From IMG/VR virus record IMGVR_UViG_3300031565_013700: 64,000 nt of DNA; one strand, 5' to 3'. The translations under genes were made by a program, and so were the position numbers. Below the pieces are notes generated by a model that did not search any database, was not told the DNA's origin, and saw nothing but the letters and a program-made list of their open reading frames with translations. Origin of the DNA: an uncultured virus (IMG/VR IMGVR_UViG_3300031565_013700) (Duplodnaviria; Heunggongvirae; Uroviricota; Caudoviricetes). Below are positions 36,550 through 46,489 of the stretch, piece by piece (the first letter of the stretch is position 1; every line of letters begins with the position of its first letter).

Positions 36550-38168
36550 TGAAGTTTGCATTCAGTTCGGAATATGTAATCAATACAGAGCATGAGCCGT
36601 GGGCGACCAAAGGACTCAGAGTTGGTTTCTACGCTACGAGCGGCCAGGGCAAAAGCCTGAACGCGGCGATACTAGCCGAACAGTGGTTAGATCAGGGTGG
36701 GACCGTCGTCATATTCGAGCCATTAGCCGAATGGCATACACTGAAACAGGCCTATCAGATTCAGGTAATCGGTGGACCACACGCACAGGATCTCCCCCTA
36801 GTCGAATCCCAACCGAAACTCTATGCCCACGCCGTAATAGAGCAGGGCATTAGCATGATCTTCTATACCCGCGACATCGAGGATGAAGAGCAGCTCGTAG
36901 AGTTTGTTAGAGTCTTCATCCATGAGATGATGACCCTCGAGGAACTTCATCACAGACCGGTCTTGCTGATCCTCGAGGAAACGCACGAATACGCACCGAA
37001 GACTTCTCGAGGCCACGTTGCGCCACCGTGGGTTTATAGCAGAATGACCAAGGTTCTAAAAGACTGCTTTACGCAAGGAAGAAAACTCAACATCACTCCA
37101 GTAGCCATAACTCAACGACCCCAGGAAGTCAATTTCACGATCCGTCAGCTTGTCAACTATGCCTGGTTCGGCGGTTTCAGCTCGCAGGACGCAAATTACA
37201 TAGACAAGGAGATACTAGCCGACTACCGAAAAGAAGGATATGACATCAGTAAAAGCGATCTCATCAATGTCCCAACAGGCCATTGGACGGTAGTAGCTGA
37301 AGGCGATATCTACAAAGTAGATGTACCCAGAGCGATGAGAAAAACGCCGCATGGCGCCGACACTCCGAAACTAGAATATGTGCAGCCAGTCGATGTAAGC
37401 ACACAGGAGGCCATCTCCAATCTAAGTGAAAAACTTTCCAAGATGCTTGAGAAAGCTCAGGAGGAGAAAACTGAACTCGAGAGAGTGAAGCGGCAGCTTA
37501 GAGAAGCCCAGAAGAAGATAGAGGAACACGAACAGCGGACAAGAACAGGAGAGGATCTGAAGAAACTTCTGCAAAACGTGATGAATACTGATGGCGGAGG
37601 AGGAGTCGATAAAGAGGTCATAAATAAACTAGAAGAACAGCACAGACAGAAATTTAGTGAAATAAACGAGGAGCTGCAAAACATCAAAAATACCTGGACA
37701 TCACCGGAGGAGGCAAACGAGATGGAGAAACACGTGGCTGAACTTGAATCCCAGATGACAACTGTGGATTTACTTGCCGAAGTCTTGACCCCGATTATCG
37801 AGCCGGTGGTAAGGAAAATGATGCCGACTGAAATACCAAGTGTCCTCACAGAGAAAGATGTGGAAAGCATTATAGAGAGAAAAATCGCATCACTCCCAGC
37901 ACAGAAAAGGCAACGGATTGAAACCCCAGGAGACACGGGCATCCCGTGGGTCGACCTCTATATGCCGAAACTCAAATCTAATGAGGCCAAGATCCTGAGA
38001 TACATAGCCGTCAAACATCCCCTAAAGGTCACGAAGAGAGATATCAGTATGAGTACAGGAATCAGCTTCACCAGCAGCGGCTTAACTGCGGGACTTACCA
38101 AACTCAAAAAATGGAGGCTGATAGAACAAATTGGCAGCGATTTCAAGTTAATGGAGGCCCCACCATGA
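36549..38168 (+). CDS. HerA/DUF87-like ATPase with coiled coil and C-terminal wHTH
   Basis: ATSGQGKS, IFEPLAE, LILEETHEYAP, QGRK, TQRP. Confidence 0.8.
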   Translation: MKFAFSSEYVINTEHEPWATKGLRVGFYATSGQGKSLNAAILAEQWLDQGGTVVIFEPLAEWHTLKQAYQIQVIGGPHAQDLPLVESQPKLYAHAVIEQGISMIFYTRDIEDEEQLVEFVRVFIHEMMTLEELHHRPVLLILEETHEYAPKTSRGHVAPPWVYSRMTKVLKDCFTQGRKLNITPVAITQRPQEVNFTIRQLVNYAWFGGFSSQDANYIDKEILADYRKEGYDISKSDLINVPTGHWTVVAEGDIYKVDVPRAMRKTPHGADTPKLEYVQPVDVSTQEAISNLSEKLSKMLEKAQEEKTELERVKRQLREAQKKIEEHEQRTRTGEDLKKLLQNVMNTDGGGGVDKEVINKLEEQHRQKFSEINEELQNIKNTWTSPEEANEMEKHVAELESQMTTVDLLAEVLTPIIEPVVRKMMPTEIPSVLTEKDVESIIERKIASLPAQKRQRIETPGDTGIPWVDLYMPKLKSNEAKILRYIAVKHPLKVTKRDISMSTGISFTSSGLTAGLTKLKKWRLIEQIGSDFKLMEAPP

Positions 38169-38533
38169 GAAAGCTAAGCATCGCAGCCGTCGAGCTCTGG
38201 GGCCTCGAGGACCAGATGATGATGGTGGCCGAGGAGGCCGTCGAGGTAGCCCACGCAGTCATGAAGTGGAGGCGAGCCAACAAACGCTACAACAAGGCAG
38301 GAGTCACCCTCTCCAGGGAGAACTTATCAGAAAACGAGGTCCTACAAAAAAAGGCCCACGAGAACGCTCTTGCCCAAAGGGTATACAACCTACAAAAGGA
38401 GGCCATGCAGATGCTCTACATGATCGACCAGCTTCAGGTGATGCTGCCAGGAAAATACGAGGACATCCTCGAGGAGGTCCTAATGGATGCACGGGACAAG
38501 ATAACGGAGCGAGGAGGTAACCTCCATGAGTGA
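38165..38533 (+). CDS. possible degenerate MazG-like protein
   Basis: WGLEDQMMMVAEEAVEV...K. Confidence 0.45.
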   Translation: MRKLSIAAVELWGLEDQMMMVAEEAVEVAHAVMKWRRANKRYNKAGVTLSRENLSENEVLQKKAHENALAQRVYNLQKEAMQMLYMIDQLQVMLPGKYEDILEEVLMDARDKITERGGNLHE

Positions 38534-38819
38534 TCTCCGAATAGTCAAAGAGCTTTACAAGATCACCAAGGACAAGGTATTCACCGTCGAGGATCTCAGA
38601 GAACACGGACTCCACAACCGTTTTCATCACAAAAATCAGATAGGCAGCTTCTTCCACTGGATGAATACGGCCGGCTATACTGAAGCCATGGGCGTCGGGA
38701 GAACTACACACGAAGCGGCCAACAAACGGTGGATCTGGCGATGGAGATGGACAGGGAAAGCCCATGGAGAATTCGGTGGATCTTCGCCCCAAGGACAGCT
38801 CACCCTGGAGGCTTTCTAA
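38526..38819 (+). CDS. hypothetical protein
   Basis: GGAGGT SD. Confidence 0.6.
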   Translation: MSDLRIVKELYKITKDKVFTVEDLREHGLHNRFHHKNQIGSFFHWMNTAGYTEAMGVGRTTHEAANKRWIWRWRWTGKAHGEFGGSSPQGQLTLEAF

Positions 38820-39331
38820 TGGCAGAATATTGCACTGTTTTTGCCACAGGTGACTATGAGGGGGATGAATGGGCGCCCTGCAGATGTCCTAAATGCAAAG
38901 GCTATCTGCCTCAAAATTTCCCTGATGAAGAGGGGATACAGTTCCAATGCCGAAGATGTGGGATTGTCCTTGAGATTATTCTCGATCCACCAGAACCCGA
39001 GGAAATGGAATGGTGGAATGAACAACACAGCGGCATCATATACGAGCTAGGGCTAGAACCGATCCCAGAATATGAACCGGAATATAATTCAGGGCGGATC
39101 TGCGTGGTGCCTGATTACGCAGTCAGGATAGAAAAAGTGGATTATAAGGCCCTGCGCAAAACGCTGCCATCACGCAAGCATGCCACCGATGGATGGGCAT
39201 ATGGCCTTGGATTCAGCCGTCGGGTATGGCGAGACAAGGCCGGTGAATTCATCATGATTAATGGGGAACGCCTCGGTATCGGAGATAGTCGAATCTCCAT
39301 TGTAGAAACAGGCAAGAAGGGATCGAGATGA
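38819..39331 (+). CDS. zinc-ribbon hypothetical protein
   Basis: CPKC, CRRC. Confidence 0.6.
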   Translation: MAEYCTVFATGDYEGDEWAPCRCPKCKGYLPQNFPDEEGIQFQCRRCGIVLEIILDPPEPEEMEWWNEQHSGIIYELGLEPIPEYEPEYNSGRICVVPDYAVRIEKVDYKALRKTLPSRKHATDGWAYGLGFSRRVWRDKAGEFIMINGERLGIGDSRISIVETGKKGSR

Positions 39332-39499
39332 ATGAATACCTAGAAGAGGATGCAGAAAGACGGGCCAGTTGTAGGGAATGTAAACTGAAAATCTGCCTAG
39401 AAGTTCATGGTGAATGTCCCCTCGAGGAGCCACATCCAGCGATCCGGGAGGATCAGAAAGCTCCGAATCCTATTTTATCCAATTGATAAGGTGAAGTGA

Positions 39500-40273
39500 A
39501 TGGAAGAGAGAGATCTGTTTTCAAAATATCTGCTCGAAAAAGGGCTCTGCTGTACCTGCAATTCTCCATTAAAAGATTCAAAGCATGTCAATCTTGTTCA
39601 GCTAAATAGAGTGGCAACGTGGAAGACGCCCATCTGGGGAAACATACTCAGTGAGAGCCAGGAGCTCAAGTACGCCCTCGCCGTCGTCTGCGATAACTGC
39701 ATAAGCCCAGAAAAGATGAATGAGATAAAATTTGCCATCGAAATCGAAATGTCCGGAAATACACCAAGCAACATCTACTATCATGCCGTGGAAAATCTCG
39801 AGAAAGGTTCGCCCACTTTCAGTGAAGAGGTCAAAATGCAGTTAGAGGCTGATGCCCAAAGAGACGAGTTATTGAATATTATGTATGCAACAATCCCGGG
39901 AGACGAAATTGCCTTGGCAACACGTGGTCTTGAAACGGCTGAAGAGATTAACGCGAAAGCACTCAGACAGTCTGGACACTATGTCATGTTGGTAAACAAA
40001 GGATATATCAAAGGCCTAAAAAATCCTAAAGACCGTCAACATCACGATTTCATCAACCAACTAATGATAGTTAAAGAAGAAAAGAAACAAACCATTGTAA
40101 TTCAGGATATTCATGTCACAGAGGATGAGGTTATATACCTGAAAGAGATGATGGCTGGAATAGAAATTATTGCTTGGATTGTCGAAGATATGAAGAATCC
40201 AACAGAGGAAGCAACTGAGAAAATAATACAGATCATTAAGAAATTGAAAGAAGATGGGAATGATGTTCGATAA
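39500..40273 (+). CDS. hypothetical protein with N-terminal Cys motifs
   Basis: CCTC...CDNC. Confidence 0.65.
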   Translation: MEERDLFSKYLLEKGLCCTCNSPLKDSKHVNLVQLNRVATWKTPIWGNILSESQELKYALAVVCDNCISPEKMNEIKFAIEIEMSGNTPSNIYYHAVENLEKGSPTFSEEVKMQLEADAQRDELLNIMYATIPGDEIALATRGLETAEEINAKALRQSGHYVMLVNKGYIKGLKNPKDRQHHDFINQLMIVKEEKKQTIVIQDIHVTEDEVIYLKEMMAGIEIIAWIVEDMKNPTEEATEKIIQIIKKLKEDGNDVR

Positions 40274-40787
40274 AATAGATTTGAATGAGAAAGAAATCCC
40301 CTTCAACCCGAGACTCAATGAGACAGTTGTTGGATTTCTGTCCAGGCAGAGAATCGCTGGGGACCGTGATCCTGATATAGAATATAAATGTCGCCGTTGC
40401 GGCGATTGTTGTAAATGGAATTATTACAAACTGGATACTCCACAGAATCTAATTGACCAACTCTATATGATCGGGCCAAAGTACCCGAACGGTTATTGGG
40501 TTCTCCTCGAGGGAAAGCTGCATTGTTATATGCCCACGTGGGCGCCGAAAGAAGGGGAGGCAAAACTATTCCATTTTGATGGAAATATCCCCGAAAATCA
40601 CGTCGACTTTTGTTGGAGATCCGGGAGAACACATGGTTATTGGGTCCTGGATTCTAAGGGCAAGATCGTGATCTATTGTCCTACGGCCTGCCAGCATCTC
40701 ACAGAAGATGATCTCTGTGGCATCTACAAGGATAGGCCACTGATATGTAGAGAATATCTCTGCGGCCGTTATCCTAAGGAGGAATGA
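40254..40787 (+). CDS. YkgJ-family Cys-cluster protein
   Basis: CRRCGDCC, CQHL, CGIYKDRPLICREY. Confidence 0.85.
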   Translation: MGMMFDKIDLNEKEIPFNPRLNETVVGFLSRQRIAGDRDPDIEYKCRRCGDCCKWNYYKLDTPQNLIDQLYMIGPKYPNGYWVLLEGKLHCYMPTWAPKEGEAKLFHFDGNIPENHVDFCWRSGRTHGYWVLDSKGKIVIYCPTACQHLTEDDLCGIYKDRPLICREYLCGRYPKEE

Positions 40788-41809
40788 TTATGTCACATGA
40801 ACGTGAAGAAGAACATGTAGATGAAGAAGAACGTGTAGCGGATACTCGTGATTACTACAAAGCAAAATACCAGAAATTAGAAGACCTTCCTGGTATCGGA
40901 CCATCTGTACTTTCAAAACTGAAAGAGCTAGGTTATCATACGGTTGAGGCGATATCCACTGCGCATCCTAAGGAGCTTGTTTCCGAAGGGATCGGTGAAG
41001 CCACTGCTGATACGATAGTTAAAGCCGCGAGAAAGGCCATGAGCATCGAATTCGTTACCGCATCCGAATTAGTGAAGATGAGGGCGGGCCGAAAAAAGCT
41101 CACCACAGGAAGTGATGCCCTCGATAAACTCTTCAACGGAGGATTAGAAACCGATTCCATCACGGAATTTTACGGCGAATTCGGGGCAGGCAAATCTCAG
41201 CTCTGCCATCAGCTCGCAGCAACGGTTCAACTGCCAATAGAAGAGGGAGGGCTGAATGGTAAATGCCTCTATATAGACACAGAACAGGTCTTCCGGCCTA
41301 ACAGAGTGATCACCATGGCGAAGCGATTAGGGCTTAATGACGAAAAGAAGCTGCTGGATAACATTATTTTTGCTGAAGCCTATTCAAGCAGCCATCAGAT
41401 GATTCTTTTAGAAAATTCTGACGAAATTATCAAGACGCATAATATAAAACTGATTATAATAGATAGCCTCACAAGCCATTTTCGCTCCGAATATATAGGT
41501 AGAGAGATGCTCGCTCCAAGACAGCAGCAGCTCAACAAACATATGACTAAACTCAGGAAATTAGCTGGAGCTTTCAACGCCGTTGCAGTGGTCACAAACC
41601 AGGTACTTGCCACCCCAGACGCGTATTCATTTGAACCAAAACCAATCGGAGGAAATATCGTAGGCCACATCGCACACAGCAGATGCTATATCAGAAAAGG
41701 TCGGAATAACGTGAGGATAATTAAAATTGTAGCCAGCCCCTTTTTACCCGAAGGAGAAACTCCGGTGAGAATCACTGAAGATGGCATCGTAAGTGATGAA
41801 GTTCTATGA
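40784..41809 (+). CDS. radA: archaeal RadA recombinase
   Basis: LEDLPGIG, GEFGAGKSQ, YIDTE..FRP, IIDSLTSHFRSEY, RQQQL, TNQV, PIGGNIVGH. Confidence 0.95.
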   Translation: MIMSHEREEEHVDEEERVADTRDYYKAKYQKLEDLPGIGPSVLSKLKELGYHTVEAISTAHPKELVSEGIGEATADTIVKAARKAMSIEFVTASELVKMRAGRKKLTTGSDALDKLFNGGLETDSITEFYGEFGAGKSQLCHQLAATVQLPIEEGGLNGKCLYIDTEQVFRPNRVITMAKRLGLNDEKKLLDNIIFAEAYSSSHQMILLENSDEIIKTHNIKLIIIDSLTSHFRSEYIGREMLAPRQQQLNKHMTKLRKLAGAFNAVAVVTNQVLATPDAYSFEPKPIGGNIVGHIAHSRCYIRKGRNNVRIIKIVASPFLPEGETPVRITEDGIVSDEVL

Positions 41810-42005
41810 GTCTCTTGTCAGGATTCGTCGTGACAACCCTCATCCTTTATGCTCTTCTAATTCTTTACACGATTTACACCATCGAAAAAAAGAAGAAAAA
41901 TCAAATGCGTAATCGAGCAGGTAAAAAAACATAGAGAATTTGTCACTGTTTCCTAGACACTTTCTTTAAAACTATTTGGAATGATAGATATCTAGGCGAG
42001 TTGGA

Positions 42006-43727
42006 TTGAAGATTCTGGGGATACATGACGGCCACTGCGCTTCGGCTGCTCTGCTCGAAGACGGAGTGATTACCTGGGCCATCCAGGAAGAGAGAATGGT
42101 TAACCAGAAAAATGAACCGGGGATGCCTCGGCATGCCATCGAGTATATCCTGAAACAGATCGATACTCTCGATGAGGTCGTGCTGGCCACCAAATTCATT
42201 CACGAACCTCAATGGTATCGAGATCAGAGCTTCTGGGAAAAATCGAGAATAGATTATTACACCAACAAACTCACATGGCCATTTAGAAAAAGATTTAGTT
42301 CATATTTCACAAACCGACTGGGGGACAGGAAGAAACAGTTACGGGGATTGCTTCTCCGCAACGGTTTTCCGCTCAGATTGGAAGACATCAAAGTGGTCGA
42401 GCATCACGAGGCCCACGCAGCCTCCGCCTTTTATGGCAGTCATTATAAACCAGGCGAGGAGATTACCGTCATTACTGCAGATGGAAGCGGAGATGGGTTA
42501 TCCGCCACCGTGTCGACGGGCACAGTTGATGGTGAGCTCCTCAGAGATCCTACGAAAAATTCCACAAGAGATGAGTCCATAGGGGAAATCTATAGCTTAA
42601 CCACCCACTATCTCGGCTTCACACCCTGGGAACATGAGTATAAACTGATGGGAATGGCGCCATATTCATTTGCAGATAAGGCAATCCTAGCGGGATTATT
42701 TGATCTGATAAAGGTCCACAATGGTAAATTTGTAACCAGACTGTCAGCAGATTTCGCATATGACTACCTGAAGAAGCTTTACTACCGCAAGCGTTTCGAC
42801 AGACTCTGTGCCTCACTTCAGATGTGGTTCGAAGAGATGATGCGCGTATGGATCGTGTCTGAACTCCTGCAGAAATATAAGATGCCCAGAAAGATCGCCT
42901 GTGCTGGCGGGGACTTCATGAACGTGAAAGCCAACATGGTTGTCGCCAATCCGCCCGAGGTTGAGGACATGTTCATCGTGCCCAGCGCCGGCGACGAATC
43001 CACGAGTATAGGCGCCGCGATGAAAGTCTACGCTGATATCTGTCTTCAAAATGACATCCATCCTAAGGAAGCCATCAAGCCGCTGGGTCCGCTGTATCTC
43101 GGCCCATATGCAGATCCCTCAAAGATCGAGGACACATTAAAAACCCAGGGAACTGAACAGTGGTTGGTCTGGCAGGAAGATAACATAGAGAAATACATCG
43201 CCGAACTACTAGAACAGAACAAGATCGTGGCCCGGTGCTCAGGTCGTCTCGAATTCGGCGCCAGGGCCTTAGGCAATAGAAGCATACTTTCCAACGCCTC
43301 GGATCTCGACAATATCACCGAGCTCAATGCGCAGATTAAACACCGGGATTTCTGGATGCCTTTCACCCCATCGATCATGTTCGAGGAAAGAAAATATCTC
43401 ATCAATAATCCGAAGGACCTCAAAGCACCTTACATGATTATGGCCTTTCCCAGCCTACCAACAGCTCAAAGTCAACTTAAAGCTGCCATGCATAGATATG
43501 ATTTCACTATCAGGCCGCAGATAGTTGAGAAGGAATGGAATCCGAATTACTGGGAAACTCTTAGACAATGGCATCGAGCTAGTGGTAATGGAGGATTCTT
43601 GAATACTAGTTTCAATCTCCATGGTTATCCAATTGTCAAAGACTCAGTATATGCCTTGGATACTATGTTAAAATCGGGATTGGAATATCTGGTCGTAGAT
43701 AATTACGTCATCCAAAAGACCCAATGA
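42006..43727 (+). CDS. CmcH/NodU-family carbamoyltransferase
   Basis: ILGIHDGH, EERM, HHEAHAASA, DGSGD, EYKLMGMA, EFGARALGNRSIL, NTSFNLHG.PIV. Confidence 0.93.
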   Translation: MKILGIHDGHCASAALLEDGVITWAIQEERMVNQKNEPGMPRHAIEYILKQIDTLDEVVLATKFIHEPQWYRDQSFWEKSRIDYYTNKLTWPFRKRFSSYFTNRLGDRKKQLRGLLLRNGFPLRLEDIKVVEHHEAHAASAFYGSHYKPGEEITVITADGSGDGLSATVSTGTVDGELLRDPTKNSTRDESIGEIYSLTTHYLGFTPWEHEYKLMGMAPYSFADKAILAGLFDLIKVHNGKFVTRLSADFAYDYLKKLYYRKRFDRLCASLQMWFEEMMRVWIVSELLQKYKMPRKIACAGGDFMNVKANMVVANPPEVEDMFIVPSAGDESTSIGAAMKVYADICLQNDIHPKEAIKPLGPLYLGPYADPSKIEDTLKTQGTEQWLVWQEDNIEKYIAELLEQNKIVARCSGRLEFGARALGNRSILSNASDLDNITELNAQIKHRDFWMPFTPSIMFEERKYLINNPKDLKAPYMIMAFPSLPTAQSQLKAAMHRYDFTIRPQIVEKEWNPNYWETLRQWHRASGNGGFLNTSFNLHGYPIVKDSVYALDTMLKSGLEYLVVDNYVIQKTQ

Positions 43728-43733
43728 AAAAGA

Positions 43734-44000
43734 TTACGGAATCCATTCCACGAAGGTGCTTTTGATTTCTCCGCCTTCGCCTATGGTGCGTAATTTGATT
43801 CCTGGATCAAAAGCCAATAATCCAAAGAGTCCTTCCCGGCCAATCTTGATGCTGATGAGAGTGCCCAGATTATAGGAAACTCTGCCTCGTCTCATTTTCA
43901 CAGGAATCTGATCGGATTTTAATTGCTTGGCGATTGCTTCAAACTCTTCAGGAGTTACCTCTTCGCGCTTGAGTAGAAAAACCTCTGCTTCTATCGGCAT
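43734..44000 (-). CDS. hypothetical protein
   Basis: Isolated minus ORF with upstream AT-rich box. Confidence 0.5.
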   Translation of the reverse strand: MPIEAEVFLLKREEVTPEEFEAIAKQLKSDQIPVKMRRGRVSYNLGTLISIKIGREGLFGLLAFDPGIKLRTIGEGGEIKSTFVEWIP

Positions 44001-44142
44001 GCATCAGAATATATTTATGAGATTAAAGGAGTTGCGCCAGGGAAGCCTGAAACCTGGCGTACTCCTCGCCACAAGGCTCAAAGATATTATGTCAGTAGGC
44101 TGTTTAAAATCTGCGTTTGGTTTTACATGACGCAGCGAAAGT

Positions 44143-44466
44143 TTGAAATTTCAAGACGTAACTATTATTTTGATTGCTTTGGTAAGGAAACAGGTATTGA
44201 ATAATCGAGAAAGAGAAGAAATAACTGATTATTTACAGAATAAACCTCCGGTAATGCCTCCCTATGTCCGAATGGTGAGGATGCTTGCACGGAAATTCGA
44301 TCTCAAGCAGATGCATGATGATATCAAATTACTGGAGGAGTTGGCGACTTTGAATCCAAAGGTGGGCCGCAAGACCAATGCTTACAAAGAACTGCATGCA
44401 GAACTTAAGCTCAGAAGAAGCGGTTCGCGTGACACCAAAGCAGTCTTAGAGGTGAGACAAAAATGA
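44143..44466 (+). CDS. hypothetical protein
   Basis: Packed ORF; start uncertain. Confidence 0.55.
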   Translation: MKFQDVTIILIALVRKQVLNNREREEITDYLQNKPPVMPPYVRMVRMLARKFDLKQMHDDIKLLEELATLNPKVGRKTNAYKELHAELKLRRSGSRDTKAVLEVRQK

Positions 44467-44711
44467 TTTCAGTGAAATTTATCCATCCTCTGTCAGGTGA
44501 TGAGCCGATCGAATGGGACCCCAAAGTACCCGGAGAACTCGAACGAATGAGGGAATGGTTCAAGGGAAAACTGGCTGCGGGATTCCGAGCTTTCGCCTTC
44601 AAAAAAGGCGAGAAATTAGGCAGGCTCATCACTAAGTTTGATGAGGAAGCCGAGCGAATCATCCTCACATCCGAACAGATCAGAATGACACAGCCATTGT
44701 GTGGAGGTTAG
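44463..44711 (+). CDS. small protein ending in Gly-Gly
   Basis: GD.PIEWDP...GF.AF...G..I.KFD.EAERII...PLCGG-stop. Confidence 0.7.
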   Translation: MISVKFIHPLSGDEPIEWDPKVPGELERMREWFKGKLAAGFRAFAFKKGEKLGRLITKFDEEAERIILTSEQIRMTQPLCGG

Positions 44712-45141
44712 GCCTCTGGGCAAACAAGGGCTTATCACCGAATATCCCCCGAAAGATTGGGTCTGCCCCAGTTGCGGAAAAGAGCACTCAGGATCTCATT
44801 ATTCGATCCCTGGTCAAATAGATTATACAAAAAAGCCTGGTGAGAAAGGAAGGATCCTGTTCAACCGCCGTGGCAAGGACGACAACCTGACCAATGATAC
44901 ACCAATAGACAACGATAAACCGGTGGGAGGAGAGCAACTCGACGAAATAGGCACACAGCGACCCCTCTTTTGCCCTCACTGCGGCTACGAGGATGAGATC
45001 ATCGTGGCCCTCAGGATGGGCGATCTGCCAGATCTCGTTGATCGATTCTTCCAAGAGGAAGGCGTCGACCCAAAAAAGACGTGGAGAAAACTGCTCAGTG
45101 AATTCCTCAGTTGGTTCAAGAAACGGGAGGCAGGACAATGA
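44701..45141 (+). CDS. zinc-ribbon hypothetical protein
   Basis: CPSC, CPHC. Confidence 0.6.
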   Translation: MEVRPLGKQGLITEYPPKDWVCPSCGKEHSGSHYSIPGQIDYTKKPGEKGRILFNRRGKDDNLTNDTPIDNDKPVGGEQLDEIGTQRPLFCPHCGYEDEIIVALRMGDLPDLVDRFFQEEGVDPKKTWRKLLSEFLSWFKKREAGQ

Positions 45142-45524
45142 GCGCAAAAGAACTCAGCATTGAAACCCAGAACAAAATCATCAAGATACAGCAGCTGGCT
45201 GAAAGAGGAGAAATCACTATCCCTGAATATCACGAACAACTTCGTGCCCTGGGGTTACACCCAGAAGAAGCCGAACTAGGACTATGCGATCCTGATGTCA
45301 AAACAGGAAACAGGGTTGGCAGATTTATGCTGTTTCTCAGAAAAGCCAAACATACTCTCACGGATGAGTCTCATTATTATCTCATACTAACCTGGGAGGA
45401 AATACAGGCCCTTATTGATACCTGTGACGATCTCTCCGGCACATACACAGAACACGTGGATTTCAATAAATTAGCCTCAAAGCTCAGCGAGCAGTTGAAA
45501 TGGCAAGCGGAGGGGCCAAGATGA
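45138..45524 (+). CDS. hypothetical protein
   Basis: ATGA overlap. Confidence 0.6.
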   Translation: MSAKELSIETQNKIIKIQQLAERGEITIPEYHEQLRALGLHPEEAELGLCDPDVKTGNRVGRFMLFLRKAKHTLTDESHYYLILTWEEIQALIDTCDDLSGTYTEHVDFNKLASKLSEQLKWQAEGPR

Positions 45525-46489
45525 GCCAGTTAACCGAAACCATTAACTCCAGCACCAACTCCAGTGCCAGCACTTCCACTCTCATATCCTGGTGGGGGAT
45601 AAAAGAGTCCTGGGCTGATGGCTATGAATATGATGGCCCCGACGAATGGACACAATTCACAGTTGATACAAATGGCTGGCCCAATAAAATCGAGTGGGGA
45701 AGCCGCCATCACAGTTGGATCAAGGTCTATGTAACCAATAACACAACATCATCAACGGCGACTGAATACAAGACCTTCTGCTTCTATTACCGCTGGACCG
45801 GCGGATACCCAACACCCTGGCCCAACTACAATCACATAGACGACTTCACTGTAAACTTCGGCCCCATAGATGAAGAACAAGAAGTGGCTCCAGAAACTTT
45901 CCTCAAATGGCTCGAACATCTAGGCCACGATCAGGCTTTCGTCCGTATACAGTACAAGATGCAGAAAAAAATGATGAAGCACACCAAACATCTGCCACCA
46001 TGGGATCCACGAAAAATAGAGGAACTGGAACAGAAGCGGGTCAAGTTCCAGCAATGGGTTGACAGCCTTGAGCCGGAAGGGATCGAGAAGATCAAGACTG
46101 AGCGGCTTAAGCAACGCTGGGACATAGAGGAAATCCCACCACTGACGCCGGAGCTTCTAGATCAGATAGCCGAAAGCAGCCTCAACTTCCTGAAGGAGTG
46201 CCTGAGTTCTGAGGAACAGAAGTTCTTCGATGAACACGGACACTGCAAGATAAGAAGCCCCAATGAACCACAGGTCTATTACATCATCAAGGCCTCGGAC
46301 AGCGAAAGAGTGGAGCGTTATGAGAAGGATGAGCTCGCGGAACTTATCTGTGTCCATTCTGCCTGGGGTGGGCTCCCTGCATATGATACTGTGGCTGCCA
46401 AAGTGTTGCACATAAAATGCGCTGAAAAGGTCTTTCTCAAAGAGGGGAACAGAACCAGAATAAAATCGAAAGAGTCAGTCCTATTCTAA
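45521..46489 (+). CDS. hypothetical protein with C-terminal Cys/LPxxD domain
   Basis: LS.EEQ.FF...G...ICVH...LPAYD...E..FL..GN. Confidence 0.7.
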   Translation: MSQLTETINSSTNSSASTSTLISWWGIKESWADGYEYDGPDEWTQFTVDTNGWPNKIEWGSRHHSWIKVYVTNNTTSSTATEYKTFCFYYRWTGGYPTPWPNYNHIDDFTVNFGPIDEEQEVAPETFLKWLEHLGHDQAFVRIQYKMQKKMMKHTKHLPPWDPRKIEELEQKRVKFQQWVDSLEPEGIEKIKTERLKQRWDIEEIPPLTPELLDQIAESSLNFLKECLSSEEQKFFDEHGHCKIRSPNEPQVYYIIKASDSERVERYEKDELAELICVHSAWGGLPAYDTVAAKVLHIKCAEKVFLKEGNRTRIKSKESVLF

